A stretch of 64,000 bases of DNA, from the NCBI GenBank assembly GCA_951406725.2, contig OX597827.1:65968001-66032000 (forward strand), written 5' to 3'. A program made the position numbers and the translations under genes. The notes under the pieces were generated by a model. That model was not told the origin of the DNA. It was given only the letters and a program-made list of their open reading frames with translations, and ran no database searches. Below, piece by piece: positions 1-12,006 of the stretch (its first letter is position 1; every line of letters begins with the position of its first letter). This DNA is from Octopus vulgaris (taxonomy: Eukaryota).

Positions 1-218
1 TATTGGCTTCAAATTTTGGAAGAGGATCAAACAGAATGTTCGGGAAAGGAACTCACTCGATTACGTCGACACCAGTCGTTAAATATTACTTCCTTTATCG
101 ACCCTGATAGGGTAAAAGCAAGGTCTACCATGGCTGTATGCGAACTCTAAACGAAAAGACAGACGAAAAGCCGCAAACATTTTGCCCGGCGTTTTAATGA
201 TTCTGCCAGCACACCGCA
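1..218 (-). mobile_element. Degenerate SINE family A copy
   Basis: Reverse-strand similarity to the family A head and body (tttatcgaccctga...gaactc...ttgcccggcg...ttctgccagcacaccgc). Confidence 0.7.
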
Positions 219-900
219 TTTCTAACAACAACTTCCATTATTTTTTTGTGCTGGTAAATCATTTATCACTATCTTTCATATTGGTGTTGGCTAAATACAT
301 CGCAGGATTTGTTCCAATTGCTAGTGCTCTGAGATCGAATTCTTTAATAGCGTGCTGTCTTCCATGTTTGCCGCGTGATCGAAATATCCGTCGATCAGTG
401 GAGCTACCAGAATTGATAATCTCTAGTATTTTACTATGTAAAATCAAATTTCTTTGCGGTCTTCTTAGAGGACAATGTTAATCCGTCATTTGTTTTAATA
501 TCACGACCATGTACTTTTGGTAACTTCAAGAGAAGTTATTATCAAAATTATCCAGGCCAATTCTTTTGTTTCACCATACAGACTTCTTTCTCTTCTGCAA
601 GCTCGGGCTTTCTGTGGTAAATCTTGAGCATATACTCAGCTCCTGACTTAAAAATATAACAGCCTGCAACATAATCTAATACATCTGTATTTCTTTACAT
701 GTTCATAATATTACAGGGTGTGAAAACCACAGGGAATCTACCAGGTAAATTGACGTTATTTTATGAGCGAGAAATTACAATCTGACTGGTCTGGGTGATT
801 TTTATCAGCCCTCCCATGCGCCGACCAAGGAATATGACCAAATACACTGCTTCTATGAGCAACACATCATTTTGACAATACAATATATCTTGGCACACAG

Positions 901-1501
901 AAGGCGGAGAGCTGGCAGAGACGTTAGCACTCCGGGCGAAATGCGTAGCCGTATTTCGTCTGACGTTACGTTGTGAGTTCAAATTCCGCCGAGGTCGACT
1001 TTACCTTTCATCCTTTCGGGGTCGATAAATTAAGTACCAGTTACGCACTGGGGTCGATGTAATCGACTTAATACCTATGTCTGTCTTTGTTTGTCCCCTT
1101 TATGTTTAGCCCCTTGTGGGTAATAATGAAATAGGTATTTCGTCTGTCGTTACGTTCTGAGTTCAAATTCCGCCGAGGTCGACTTTGCCTTTCATCCTTT
1201 CGGGGTCGATAAATAAAGTACCAGTTACGCACTGGGTCGATGTAATCTACTTAATCCCTTTGTCTGTCCTTGTTTGTCCCTTCTATGTTTAGTCCCTTGT
1301 GGGTAGTAATGAAATAGGTATTTCGTCTGTCGTTACGTTCTGAGTTCAAATTCAAATTCTGAGATCAAATTTGCCTTTCATTCTTTCGGGGTCGATAAAG
1401 AAAGTACCAGAATCGCACTGGGTCGATGTAATCGACTTAATTCCTTTGTCTGTCCTTGTTTTACCCCTCTTTGTTTAGACCTTTGTGGGTAGTAAAGAAA
1501 T
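901..1501 (+). mobile_element. SINE family A (tRNA-like head) with three tandem ~184-bp body units
   Basis: Head aaggcggagagctggcagag, B-box-like gagttcaaattcc, unit gtatttcgtctg...gaaata present 3 times; 18-bp TSD atatatcttggcacacag at 883-900 and 1502-1519. Confidence 0.92.
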
Positions 1502-2354
1502 ATATATCTTGGCACACAGGATCATAAGTACGCTCTTTTCATTAACACGGTAGGTTAAAGGTGTTCATAGTTCGTCAGCCTTTGTGTCTGTTAGCACTTA
1601 GATCCAGGAGCAATGTTGTTGCTAGTAAAGTTTTTATAAATTTCCTATGTTATTTTATCCGCCTTGTCTTCTTTATTGTAGGTTAAAAGAAAAAAACTGT
1701 TTCTGTATTTAGTTTCATGCTCTTTAGAATTCCGATTTTATCTGACACCCACTTAAAGATGATGAAAATTTCTAAAGACTGCACTAATTTAAGTGTCCAG
1801 TTCTATTTTGCCATGAAATCAATTTGTTACATTTTGTTCTATAAAGATTAACACAATTCTAAAGACGAACCAAAACAAAATGGGGAAAATAATAAAATAA
1901 TATCAACAAAGAAGACACACACATACATATATAAATCGACATTCGAGAAACTTGAGTTGGTTTCGTGAACATTATTTTATATCATTATTAGTTACTTCAG
2001 GCAACAACAAAATCTATTTTTACTCCGGTCATTCGCTCACATATTATTTATTTGTATAAAAACATTCTATTAAATATATATATATATTTATACTTCTTTG
2101 CGGTTGATTTAGCTTTGAAATGATATTTTTTGCATCGTCCATATATGTGTTACTATTAAAACATTATTACTGCACTGTTTTGTATTCGCTTCACTATTAA
2201 TATTATGAGTGGCATCACGATAGGCTGTGAGCCGGCAGGTTAGTTGACACTACGGTGTATTTTTTTTCTAGACATTTATTTCAGCGAACATTATAAGTTC
2301 AAATACCGTCTAGGGCTACTTTGCCTTTTTGTCGTCCTATAGTAAAATATATAA

Positions 2355-2553
2355 TTCTTTACTGCCCATAAGAGGCTAAACATAGAGGGAACAGACAAAG
2401 GAATACGTCGATTACATCGACTTCGTGCGTAACTGGTACTTATTTAATCGATCCCGAAAGGATGAAAGGCAAATCGACCTCGGCGGAATTTGAACTTAGA
2501 ACCTAACGTCAGGCGAAATACCGCTAAATATTTCGCCCGGCGAGATAACGTTT
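2355..2553 (-). mobile_element. SINE family A copy
   Basis: Reverse complement of the family A body (ctggtacttatttaatcgatcccgaaaggatgaaaggc...cggcggaatttgaact). Confidence 0.85.
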
Positions 2554-2589
2554 TTTTTATTTCTTTAGTGTTTCATAATCTGGAATTGT

Positions 2590-3205
2590 GGATCTTTTGA
2601 ACGGCAGACAATTTTTAGTTAACTAAACACTTTAAAACTTCGTATACTGGTAGAATGTGTCAAAATAAACATTTTTTTCTCTTGGCTTTCTTGAGAAACG
2701 TGTAATTTGTTTGTTTAACGTAATTTAATTTTTCAAATTTTAACCAATCCTATGCTCTCTTTTGAGCTAAAATCATTTGCTGCGCCTAAAACTGAGACAA
2801 CATCGTGTAACTAACCCTAAACCTCCCCCTAACCCTAAATTTTTTTCTTAATTGTTAAATTAATTTAATTGTTCCGCGTGTAAAAAAACTAAAGCAATGG
2901 AATTTAACAAATAAGAAAGAAAATTAGGGTTAGGGTTAGGGTTAGGGGGAAGGTTTAGGGTTAGTTACATGATGTCTCAGTTTTAGACGCAGTAAATGAT
3001 TTTAGTTGAATGGCGGTAATCGATTGGTTAAAATTGCCGAAATGCTCGGATTTTCAGACGAAATATCTTACAAACTATAGAATTTTCTCAAAAAAACCAA
3101 GAGAAAATGATGTTTTATAAAAACATTCTACCAGTATACGAAATTTAAAAGTGTTTAGTTAACTAGAAATTGTGTTGACATCTGCCGTTCAAAAGGAAAA
3201 GATCC
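2590..3205. mobile_element. Fold-back MITE (non-autonomous DNA transposon) with internal telomere-like repeats
   Basis: Arms of ~250 bp are imperfect reverse complements, starting ggatctttt and ending aaaagatcc; 8-bp near-TSD ggaattgt/gaaattgt; (TTAGGG)4 at 2924-2947 and taaccctaa motifs at 2812-2838. Confidence 0.85.
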
Positions 3206-3380
3206 GAAATTGTTTTTTTGTTTGTTTGCTAATTAAAAACGTTTGTTGTATTTCCCTATTTTCTTCATACATGCTAAAATAGCTGATTTGAGAAAAAAAT
3301 TGATATTAATTTTTCATTCAACAAGCAATTTATATTATATATGTGTCGCTTCACGCTCATTTGTTGGATTTTGTATTTAG

Positions 3381-3596
3381 TATTGGTTTCCAATTTCGGC
3401 ACACGGCCAGAGATTAGTGAGGCAAGCGTGAGTCAACTATCACGGCTCCAATGCTCAACTGCTGCTTATATTATTGACCCTGAAACTATGAAAGGCAAAG
3501 TCGACTTCGACGGAATTTGATGTCAGAACGTAAAGGCGGAGGAAATGACACCAAGCAGTTTCTCGGATTTGCTAACTGTCTTGTCAACTCGCCATT
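3381..3596 (-). mobile_element. Degenerate SINE family A copy
   Basis: atgaaaggcaaagtcgacttcgacggaatttgatgtcagaacgtaa matches the family A reverse complement. Confidence 0.7.
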
Positions 3597-3645
3597 TTTG
3601 TGTATTATGTAAATGAAAATAAGAAGCTGAGGAAATTTACGAAAA

Positions 3646-3674
3646 CGGAAACTGGAAGAAGCCCGTCGTATATT

Positions 3675-3725
<51 letters not shown>

Positions 3726-3921
3726 GTGTAATTCATTTATGTGTATTTCTGTGTTTGTCGACCCCCACCGCCATCGATTGACTGTCAATGCTGGTGCCTT
3801 TATGTCCCTGCAGTCTAGCGGTTCGGCAAACGAGACTGATCGAATAAATACTGGGCTTACATAGAAGAAGTCATGGGGTCTTATTATTAAGACGGTTCTC
3901 CAGCCTGGCCGCAGTCGAATT
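3646..3921 (+). mobile_element. 5'-truncated SINE family B with internal (AT)n(GT)n
   Basis: acggaaactggaagaagcccgtcg-microsatellite-gtttgtcg...gcggttcggcaaa...ctccagcctggccgcagtc. Confidence 0.8.
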
Positions 3922-3949
3922 GGCGTTGTAAGGTACCGCACGAGTGGAA

Positions 3950-4161
3950 TTATATACGAAAGAAGGTTTGAAAATGCAATTTTAAAAGGTGTTTATTTAC
4001 TTTACTGGTTTCACTCTGGTCCACCATGATATCGTAAAGGACTATTTACTATTTCTTGAAATAGTAAATAGTCTTTTACGATAACATGGTGGACCAGACT
4101 GAAACCGATAAAGTAAATAAACATATTTTAAATTGCATTTTGAAACCTTCTTTAGTATATA
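3950..4161. repeat. ~210-bp near-perfect palindrome (fold-back element flanked by TATA)
   Basis: Left arm tatatacgaaagaaggtttg...tatttactatttc, 2-nt loop, right arm gaaatagtaaata...aaaccttctttagtatata. Confidence 0.9.
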
Positions 4162-4526
4162 TATATTCGTCATATGCTTTTGTTATTTCTCTCTAAATGA
4201 ACACAAAAATGATGTCGCTTTCAAAATATATGCACCATATAATTCACTATATAGCGATTCCTTCAGCCCGATCATAACGAAATAATTATTTTATTGTCGA
4301 AATCACTAATGTAAACTGTAGCGAATGTCTAGAGATCTTGCAAAAAATGCCACACAGATGAGAAACCGCAATATATAGAGATATTTATCTTTTAACTTAA
4401 AAAAAAAGGGTATATTATTATATAGCACTAAAATTACTTAGGCATTTTAAATATAGGGATACAACGGGATTAACGATTCCCAAAATTACTAATGCATTCA
4501 TATGAAATATAGAGACATGAACACAG

Positions 4527-4528
<2 letters not shown>

Positions 4529-4610
<82 letters not shown>

Positions 4611-4613
4611 ACA
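4529..4613. repeat. (CA)n microsatellite
   Basis: Direct inspection. Confidence 0.98.
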
Positions 4614-5145
4614 TTTCATTATTTAAGTATCGGGGCTTATATGTCTCAATGGTTCCGTGTATATGATTCTGTGAAGATATACCTTGCCGAACAATTTCTA
4701 CCGGTATTTCTTTCTCGACCGCATATAACTATAAATATATTTATTTCACTAGCTAAAACTTTCACTAGACATATACATTTGAAAAGCCTATGACACATGT
4801 AACTCGCACACTGAATCTTTTCAGTATACCGCGTTGTTACATATATTTGTCAGAACTAGATTTAATCGTTCTATACTCAGAAACAAATAAAATTGCCTTA
4901 CGTTATATATCTATAAACGTTAAATTTTCTGTCAGGAGCAAGTGATATTTTTCTATATACAAATTTGATTATTTGCAGTCACCTGTATGCAAATACCACA
5001 CGAAATAGTGCTAGGGTGCTGACGCCCAACAATTTACCACTTCAGTAAAAAAAATTATGTATGTGTGTATGTGTTACTTACGAATATATATATGTATACA
5101 TACAACGCACCTACACAAATGCAGTAATGTATATATATATATATG

Positions 5146-5333
5146 AGACGCCATGATAGATAGTTAGTCACTACACACATTTTTTCTCTCTTTGTTTTTT
5201 CTGTGTCCCTTTCTGTAGAAGAGCGCAGGCTCGAATAGTAAAAGACTTTTTTCTATTCCTAAGCGTTATACTAATACACCTGTTTGTTTTGGCCAACACC
5301 TGTCTTCGACTTTTGTTTTTTTTCGTAAACTCC

Positions 5334-5337
<4 letters not shown>
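5146..5337 (+). mobile_element. Short (TA)n-adjacent repeat, family H1, with degenerate hammerhead-like motif
   Basis: Homologous to 17160, 28085, 54787; motif ctgtaga-a-gagc-gcag-gctc-gaatagta at 5213-5240. Confidence 0.75.
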
Positions 5338-5369
<32 letters not shown>

Positions 5370-5411
5370 TCTATCTTTTATGGTTTTCAGTCAGAGGCTG
5401 AGGCCATGATG

Positions 5412-5501
<90 letters not shown>

Positions 5502-5505
<4 letters not shown>

Positions 5506-5690
5506 AGAATTCACAAAAAATCCAAAAAACACAAGTCGAAAACCGGTAGTGTAATCAAGCAACATATGTATTAATATAACGCTCGGGAAGTGAAAAAGTC
5601 TTTAACGATTCGAGCCTACGCCCTTCCATAGAAATGAACACAGGAAGAAACACAGAGAAGGGGAGATAATAACGTGGTGGTGATCCTAAA
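5502..5690 (-). mobile_element. Family H1 copy, inverted relative to 5146-5337
   Basis: gggagaattcacaaaaaa...aagtctttaacgattcgagcctacgcccttccatagaaa is the reverse complement of H1. Confidence 0.75.
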
Positions 5691-5763
5691 ACGAAGGTGC
5701 GCGGGCGTATTATAAGAGAGATTTATGTGCGTGGAAACAGGGATAGTGATCTCTCTCTCTCTC

Positions 5764-5801
<38 letters not shown>

Positions 5802-6026
5802 CGAGTGAGTGCTCCAACGAAAGGAAAGGACGCTCAACTTATATAATCGCAGTTACATGTATTATACGTTTAAAACATTCTGATGTTTCGCAGGCCGCTC
5901 GCGGGAGCCCGACACCCACCGGGTTTGCAATGTGGCATCCAAAGTCTGAACGAGTCTGGCTCCTTTTAAGGGCCTGCCAATCTTGAAGAAGCCCAAGACC
6001 GAATGGAATTTTTTAAAAATAATTTA

Positions 6027-6067
<41 letters not shown>

Positions 6068-6811
6068 TTGTGTGTGAAAGAAATAATGATGTGAAAAAAG
6101 ATAAGTTTTATACATAAATATATTTAAATAAAATAGATTCAATTTAACGTACCAGGTAAATATTTTTATTATATATTTATTTACATGAGAGTAAAATCAT
6201 AAATACTTTTCGTAATAACACTCATAAATATTTTCACAGACGTCTGCTGTAGAAATATTTGTATATGTTTTTATGTTTTTCACACGTACACCGCAGACAA
6301 AAGAGAGATAAGAAGAAAAGCAAAGAGAAACAGACAGAGGGTGTGAGTGAATTGTTGAGAGATAGGGGGAAAGAGAGAATGACAAAATCATATATTAATG
6401 AAAAGTTTTCCCAGAGAATTTTTACGTTTCATTTTTTTTTTTATTTAACTACATAAAATTTTATTGCATGTTGCGGTAAAAAAATGTCTTGCTTACTGAC
6501 CGGAAACAGATTTCGCTGTTCTCCAGCGTATGAAGACTGTGTTCTTCAAGACACTTAAGCCGTGTGGCAAAGTAGATGTGCAATTACTTTTAAATAGATA
6601 TGCTACTTATATTATTTCCAAGGCTCTCATGCTCCTTGAAGAAGTTTACATGCTTGATAAATATGTTCAGAAGGTAATATTTCTACTTATACAGAATAAA
6701 AGGTAGTATTAGAATACCATTAAAAAAAAACGGATAGAACCATAAAATAACAGATTTCTCTTTTTATAAGAAAGCCGTTTCCTCTTCTGAAAACGTCTAT
6801 TCATTCCTTTT

Positions 6812-6846
<35 letters not shown>

Positions 6847-6849
6847 CTA

Positions 6850-6890
6850 CTAGACTACCCATGACCGAATGGGTCACTGGCGGTTCAGGT
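6850..6890 (-). mobile_element. Helitron-like 3' terminus
   Basis: Minus strand: hairpin gtgacc-cattc-ggtcat, 7 nt, then CTAG|T; full extent not determined. Confidence 0.55.
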
Positions 6891-7415
6891 CATAAAAAAA
6901 TTGAAGCTGGTTTCAACATTACATTGGAATAAAATCAATTTTTTGATGATTCAGTTAAATGTTTCAATTCGTTCGTGTCATCATGGGTCTGGTTCATGTT
7001 TAAGTTCATGTTTAAGGTTTCATTAATTATTTACATCAACTTAATAGAAATAGAGCTTCCGGGATAAACCTGAACACCAGTAGCAGCTTTTATTTATGGC
7101 ATATACGCCATAAATTGTCATATAACGTAAACATAAAATTAATGCAAACAATTTTCACAGTATTATATATTCCCTTTTCTGCATTATGTTACTTAGGGAA
7201 TATTTTCCCATTATGCGCCGTTTTGGCTATTTATGTAGGTACCCAAAAAAACAAATAAATTTATAATTAAAGTTGTACATGGAAAGACTGCAAAACTTTA
7301 GAGAAGTAATTGTATGATACCGAACGAGTTTCAGAATACAAAATTTAACCTCAGAAATATTTCCCAATGATCGAAGTAATCAACAAATTAGATCGATTAG
7401 TGTACTATATATATA

Positions 7416-7579
7416 CGCAGGAGCTGCTAGGTGGTAAGTAGCTTGTTTACCAACTACATGGTTCCGGGTTCAGTCTCACTACGTGGCACCTTGGGCAAGT
7501 GTCTTCTACTATAGCCTCGGGACTACCAAAGCCTTGTGAGTGGATTTGGTAGATGGAAACTGAAAATAAGCCCGTCGTA

Positions 7580-7665
<86 letters not shown>

Positions 7666-7882
7666 CATATGTGTGTTTGTGTGTCTGTGTTTGTCCCCCT
7701 AGCATTGCTTAACAACCGATGCTGGTGTGTTTATGTCCCCGTTACTTAGCGATTCGGCAAAAGAGACCGATAGAATAAGTACTGGGCTTACAAAAGAATA
7801 AGGCCCGGGTCGAGTTGCTCGATTAAAGGCGGTGCTCCAGCATGGCTGCAGTCAAATGACTGAAACAAGTAAAAAAACAAAA
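7416..7882 (+). mobile_element. SINE family B, full length, internal (AT)n(ATGT)n microsatellite
   Basis: tRNA-like head (gtggtaagtagc...gggttcagtc), CORE-like ccttgggcaagtg, tail gactgaaacaagtaaaa. Confidence 0.92.
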
Positions 7883-8093
7883 TTACGGTACAGGGGTGCG
7901 ACATCGGTACAATGTGGGGAGAGGCTTTCGATGAAAAATGTTTTGCTAACAGATATTCTGAAGTGGAGTGTAGGAAAATGTAAGCGCTCAAGACTCCGGT
8001 TGAACGAAGTCATTACTTGTGATAAGCATTAAATTGAATGTTACCCTTGTATAGCGGAAGACTTCTACCCTCACATAGCATTCCAAGAACCTA

Positions 8094-8502
8094 TACTCTT
8101 TACTCTTTTACTTGTTTGAGTCATTTGACTGCGGCCATGCTGGAGCCCCGCCTTTAGTCGAGCAAATGGACCCCGGGACTTATTCTTTGTAAGCCCAGTA
8201 CTTATTCTATCGGATCTCTTTTGCTGAACCGCTAAGTGACGCGGACGTAAACACACCAGCATCGGTTGTCAAGTGATGCTAGAGGGACAAACACAGACAC
8301 AAAAACATATACACACACATACATACATATATATATATATACGACAGGCTTCTTTCAGTTTCCGTCTACCAAATCCACTCAAAAGACATTGGTCGGCCCG
8401 GCGCTATAGCAGAAGACACGTGTCCAAGATTCCACGCAGTGGGACTGAACCCGGAACCATGTGGTTGGTAAGCAAACTACTTGCCACACAGCCACTCCTG
8501 CG
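8094..8502 (-). mobile_element. SINE family B, full length
   Basis: Reverse complement of the family B consensus with (tactcttt)n tail. Confidence 0.92.
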
Positions 8503-8812
8503 TGCCGGGCATTTTTATATTGTTTTCAGTAGGAAATCATATGCTGTATAGTGACGAAGCTAAAACATGCAGTGTAAAGCAGCTTGGTTAAGGTTGACCT
8601 TGTGGTCTATTGTGCATGCGCACTAAGATTTAACGTTCTAGGTCACTTCCCCTGTAAACAGCGGACGTGAGCTAAAACGTTAAAACTTACTGCGCCCGAA
8701 CAACAGAATTCCAAGCCCAGTGGCTTTACTTTTCGTTATTTAACTTCGTTACTATGGTAGCAGTCCGGATACCTATTGATCAGATCTCGTATATATGGGT
8801 GCGTATGCATCT

Positions 8813-8881
8813 CTACTACTACTACTACTACTACTGCGGCTGCTGCTGATGCTACTACTACTGCTACTACTACTTCTACTT

Positions 8882-8930
<49 letters not shown>

Positions 8931-9001
8931 TACTACTACTACTACTACTTCTACTACTATTACTACTACTACTATTACCACTACTACTGCGGCTGCTGCT
9001 G

Positions 9002-9045
<44 letters not shown>

Positions 9046-9092
9046 GTTTCTGCTGCTACTGCTGCTCCTGCTACTACTACTACTATTACTAC
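8813..9092. repeat. Imperfect (ACT)n/(GCT)n trinucleotide microsatellite
   Basis: Direct inspection. Confidence 0.97.
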
Positions 9093-9396
9093 ACACTCAC
9101 GCACGTAATGTATCTTGTTTGCATAAAGAAATGTATGATGCTAAGTGTAGAGCTTCACCTTGATTATTCCAATCCAATCTACTTCGATTACTTCTTTGTA
9201 ACTTAATGCATTCGAAGAGTTCCCCGTTGATCTGTTCTGTTTAAGGCACAAAATGCACTATGGGCACCCAAAAAGGGTCCGAAGTAAGCATAGTATCATT
9301 CTAGATGTACCTAGATTTGATTGATATCATAAAAAGCATAGATTTGTTTGTTTCTTAAAAAAGGACATGTGTTCCTACGTATTAACGCTCCGGTCT

Positions 9397-9622
9397 GGAG
9401 GCGCGTGGTTTAGTTGTTAGGTGTTGCATGCATAATGGTAATATTGTAGTTTCGATTCCTGGACTTGGTGGCACGATGTGATTTCTTAGAAAAACACCTC
9501 ATTTTAAGAAGCTCTATTTCACACAACAGTCGAAACTGAGTAACCCTGCGATGGCCCGGAATCCGGTCACGAGGCGGGATACAAAATCCATGGAATCCGA
9601 GAAACCGGTTTTATGAGCCTAC
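9397..9622 (+). mobile_element. Degenerate SINE family D (tRNA head, V-domain-like segment)
   Basis: ggaggcgcgtggtttagt...gtttcgattcc...aaccctgcgatggccc...gaaaccgg. Confidence 0.7.
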
Positions 9623-10101
9623 GAACAATTCATTCTTTTTCTCAATTTTTCGTTGAGTATTTTTTTTTTTTTACTTGTATATGAATACTTGCTGAATGTC
9701 CGACTGAAATAGCATTTGTTGTCTTACAAAAGATGTGCAAGGTATAATGCAGTTATGCAAGTTACCATATGATAATTAGAAAAAGCAATACCTAATGCAT
9801 TTTTAACGTAGTTCTTCCTCAATCAATATTTTTGTATGGTATATTCTCATTTTATCTAACAATTAAATTTTTCTGACTAAAGACGACCGATAATCAGTGT
9901 ATTACTGTGATTCTAATCATTATGAAAATATTGTTAAATTACGTCTATGTTGTTATACATTTTGAATTGCTATATTTTAATGGAGTATACATACACACAT
10001 GTATACTTACATGCATATGTAAGTATATATACATGTATGTATATCCATATATATAAATAGACACATAAATATGTATATATATAAATGAATATGTATATAT
10101 A

Positions 10102-10656
10102 GGCGCAAGAGTGGCTGTGTGGTAAGTAGCTTGCTTACCAACCACATGGTTCCGTGGCGCTTTGGGCAAGTGTCTTGTACTATAGCGCCGGGTCGATCAA
10201 ATCTTTGTTGGTGGATTTGGTACAGGGAATCTGAAAGGAGCCCATCGTATATATGTATATGTATATATATATATCGGAATAGTTCAATACTGAATTTTTA
10301 TTCCGACTAGACAATTTGTAACCGAAATGCATTGCGAATAAGCCCGCCATTTTCATAGATATGTAGAGATAAACATTCGTACATGCTACGACGATTCTAC
10401 GGTTGGCTATCGAGCTTGTAATGTTATGTTTTTCTCTTATATTTCTTGAGTTTGTTGCACTGATGAACATGATATGCATATTCTGCATTAAATGCGAAAT
10501 CACATGTGATATGTAACTGAATTCTTTTTTAAAATGATGTGTTTTGAAGTAATGCATTCGGTAAAATTTTGTTTATTTTTAGTAATTTTGACCGCATTGG
10601 TCCCTCTTAGTGTGTTGGTATCTACGAATAGTAGTACCCTCAATATAATATTAAAA

Positions 10657-10727
<71 letters not shown>

Positions 10728-10964
10728 CGTGTGTGTGTTTTTGTGTGTGTGTGTGTGTTTCAGTGTCTGTGTTTGTCCCCCAACATCGCTCGACAACAGA
10801 TGCTGGTGTGTTTACGTCCCCGTAACCAAGCGGTTCGGAAAAAGACCGATAGAATAAGTACTAGGCTTGCCAAGAATAAGTCCTGGAGTCGATTTGATCG
10901 ACTAAAGTCGGTGGTCCAGCATGTCCGCAGTCAAATGCCTGAAACAAGTAAAAGAGTAAAAGAG
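10102..10964 (+). mobile_element. SINE family B split by a ~390-bp insertion in its internal microsatellite
   Basis: Left half 10102-10274, foreign segment 10275-10664 ending in an A-run, right half 10665-10964. Confidence 0.85.
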
Positions 10965-11008
<44 letters not shown>

Positions 11009-11102
11009 TAGATAGATAGATATATATATGTATAAATATATATATATGTGTATATATATGTATATATATATATATGTGTGTGTGTGTATATATATATTTA
11101 TG

Positions 11103-11178
<76 letters not shown>

Positions 11179-11585
11179 TATACGTATGTGTGCGTGTTTG
11201 TATGAGTATGTGTGGGTATGCATGTATGTGAGTAATTGTGTGAATGAATGTTTGGGTGTATGTCTGACACAACACTAACAGCTATCTTCAAAAGGATCTC
11301 CATTCAATACATTCAATAGCCTTGTGTTCATTGATTTCCAATAATATGTAAAAACAACCACACAATATATTGCAAAAATCTGTTAAAAGTATCAGATATA
11401 TATTTTTTTTTTGAAACTTCGTACATTTAATTATAAAGGAGAATAGATTTTAATCTATTTCAGTTGGTAGGAATCGTAAAATCTGTAAATGTCACTTCAC
11501 AACATAGAATCTAGTTATCTTATGTTAGCATTTAGAAGAAATTAATGCGCGTACATGTGAGTGCGATGAAAAATGCTAAACTGAC

Positions 11586-11669
<84 letters not shown>

Positions 11670-11732
11670 GTATGGCATTATTAAAATACTATCACGTGTG
11701 GAAAGCGATATGTATATATATATATATATATA

Positions 11733-11922
11733 TTACTCTCTTGTAGTCTTTTAATTGTTTCGGTCATTTGACTGCGGCCCTGCTGGAGTACCGCCTTTAG
11801 TCTAGCAAATGGAGACCATGACTTATTCTTTGTAAGCCTAGTACTTATTCTATTGATCTTTTTTGCCGAAGCGCTAGGATCGGTTGTCAAGTAAAGCTAT
11901 GGGGACAAACACGGACCCACAA

Positions 11923-12006
<84 letters not shown>

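Noticed and set aside
901-1501. Regularly spaced repeats suggesting a CRISPR array
   Set aside because: Units are complete tandem SINE bodies with no unique spacers; eukaryotic context and no cas genes.
1953-2005. Minus-strand cctgaagt...gaaac hammerhead-like spacing
   Set aside because: No valid cleavage triplet and only marginal pairing.
2924-2947. True telomere or chromosome-fusion scar
   Set aside because: Only four repeats, embedded symmetrically within a TSD-flanked fold-back element.
8736-9163. ORFs of poly-Thr/Ser/Leu/Val (mucin-like appearance)
   Set aside because: Pure (ACT)n microsatellite open in several frames; no splice or codon evidence.
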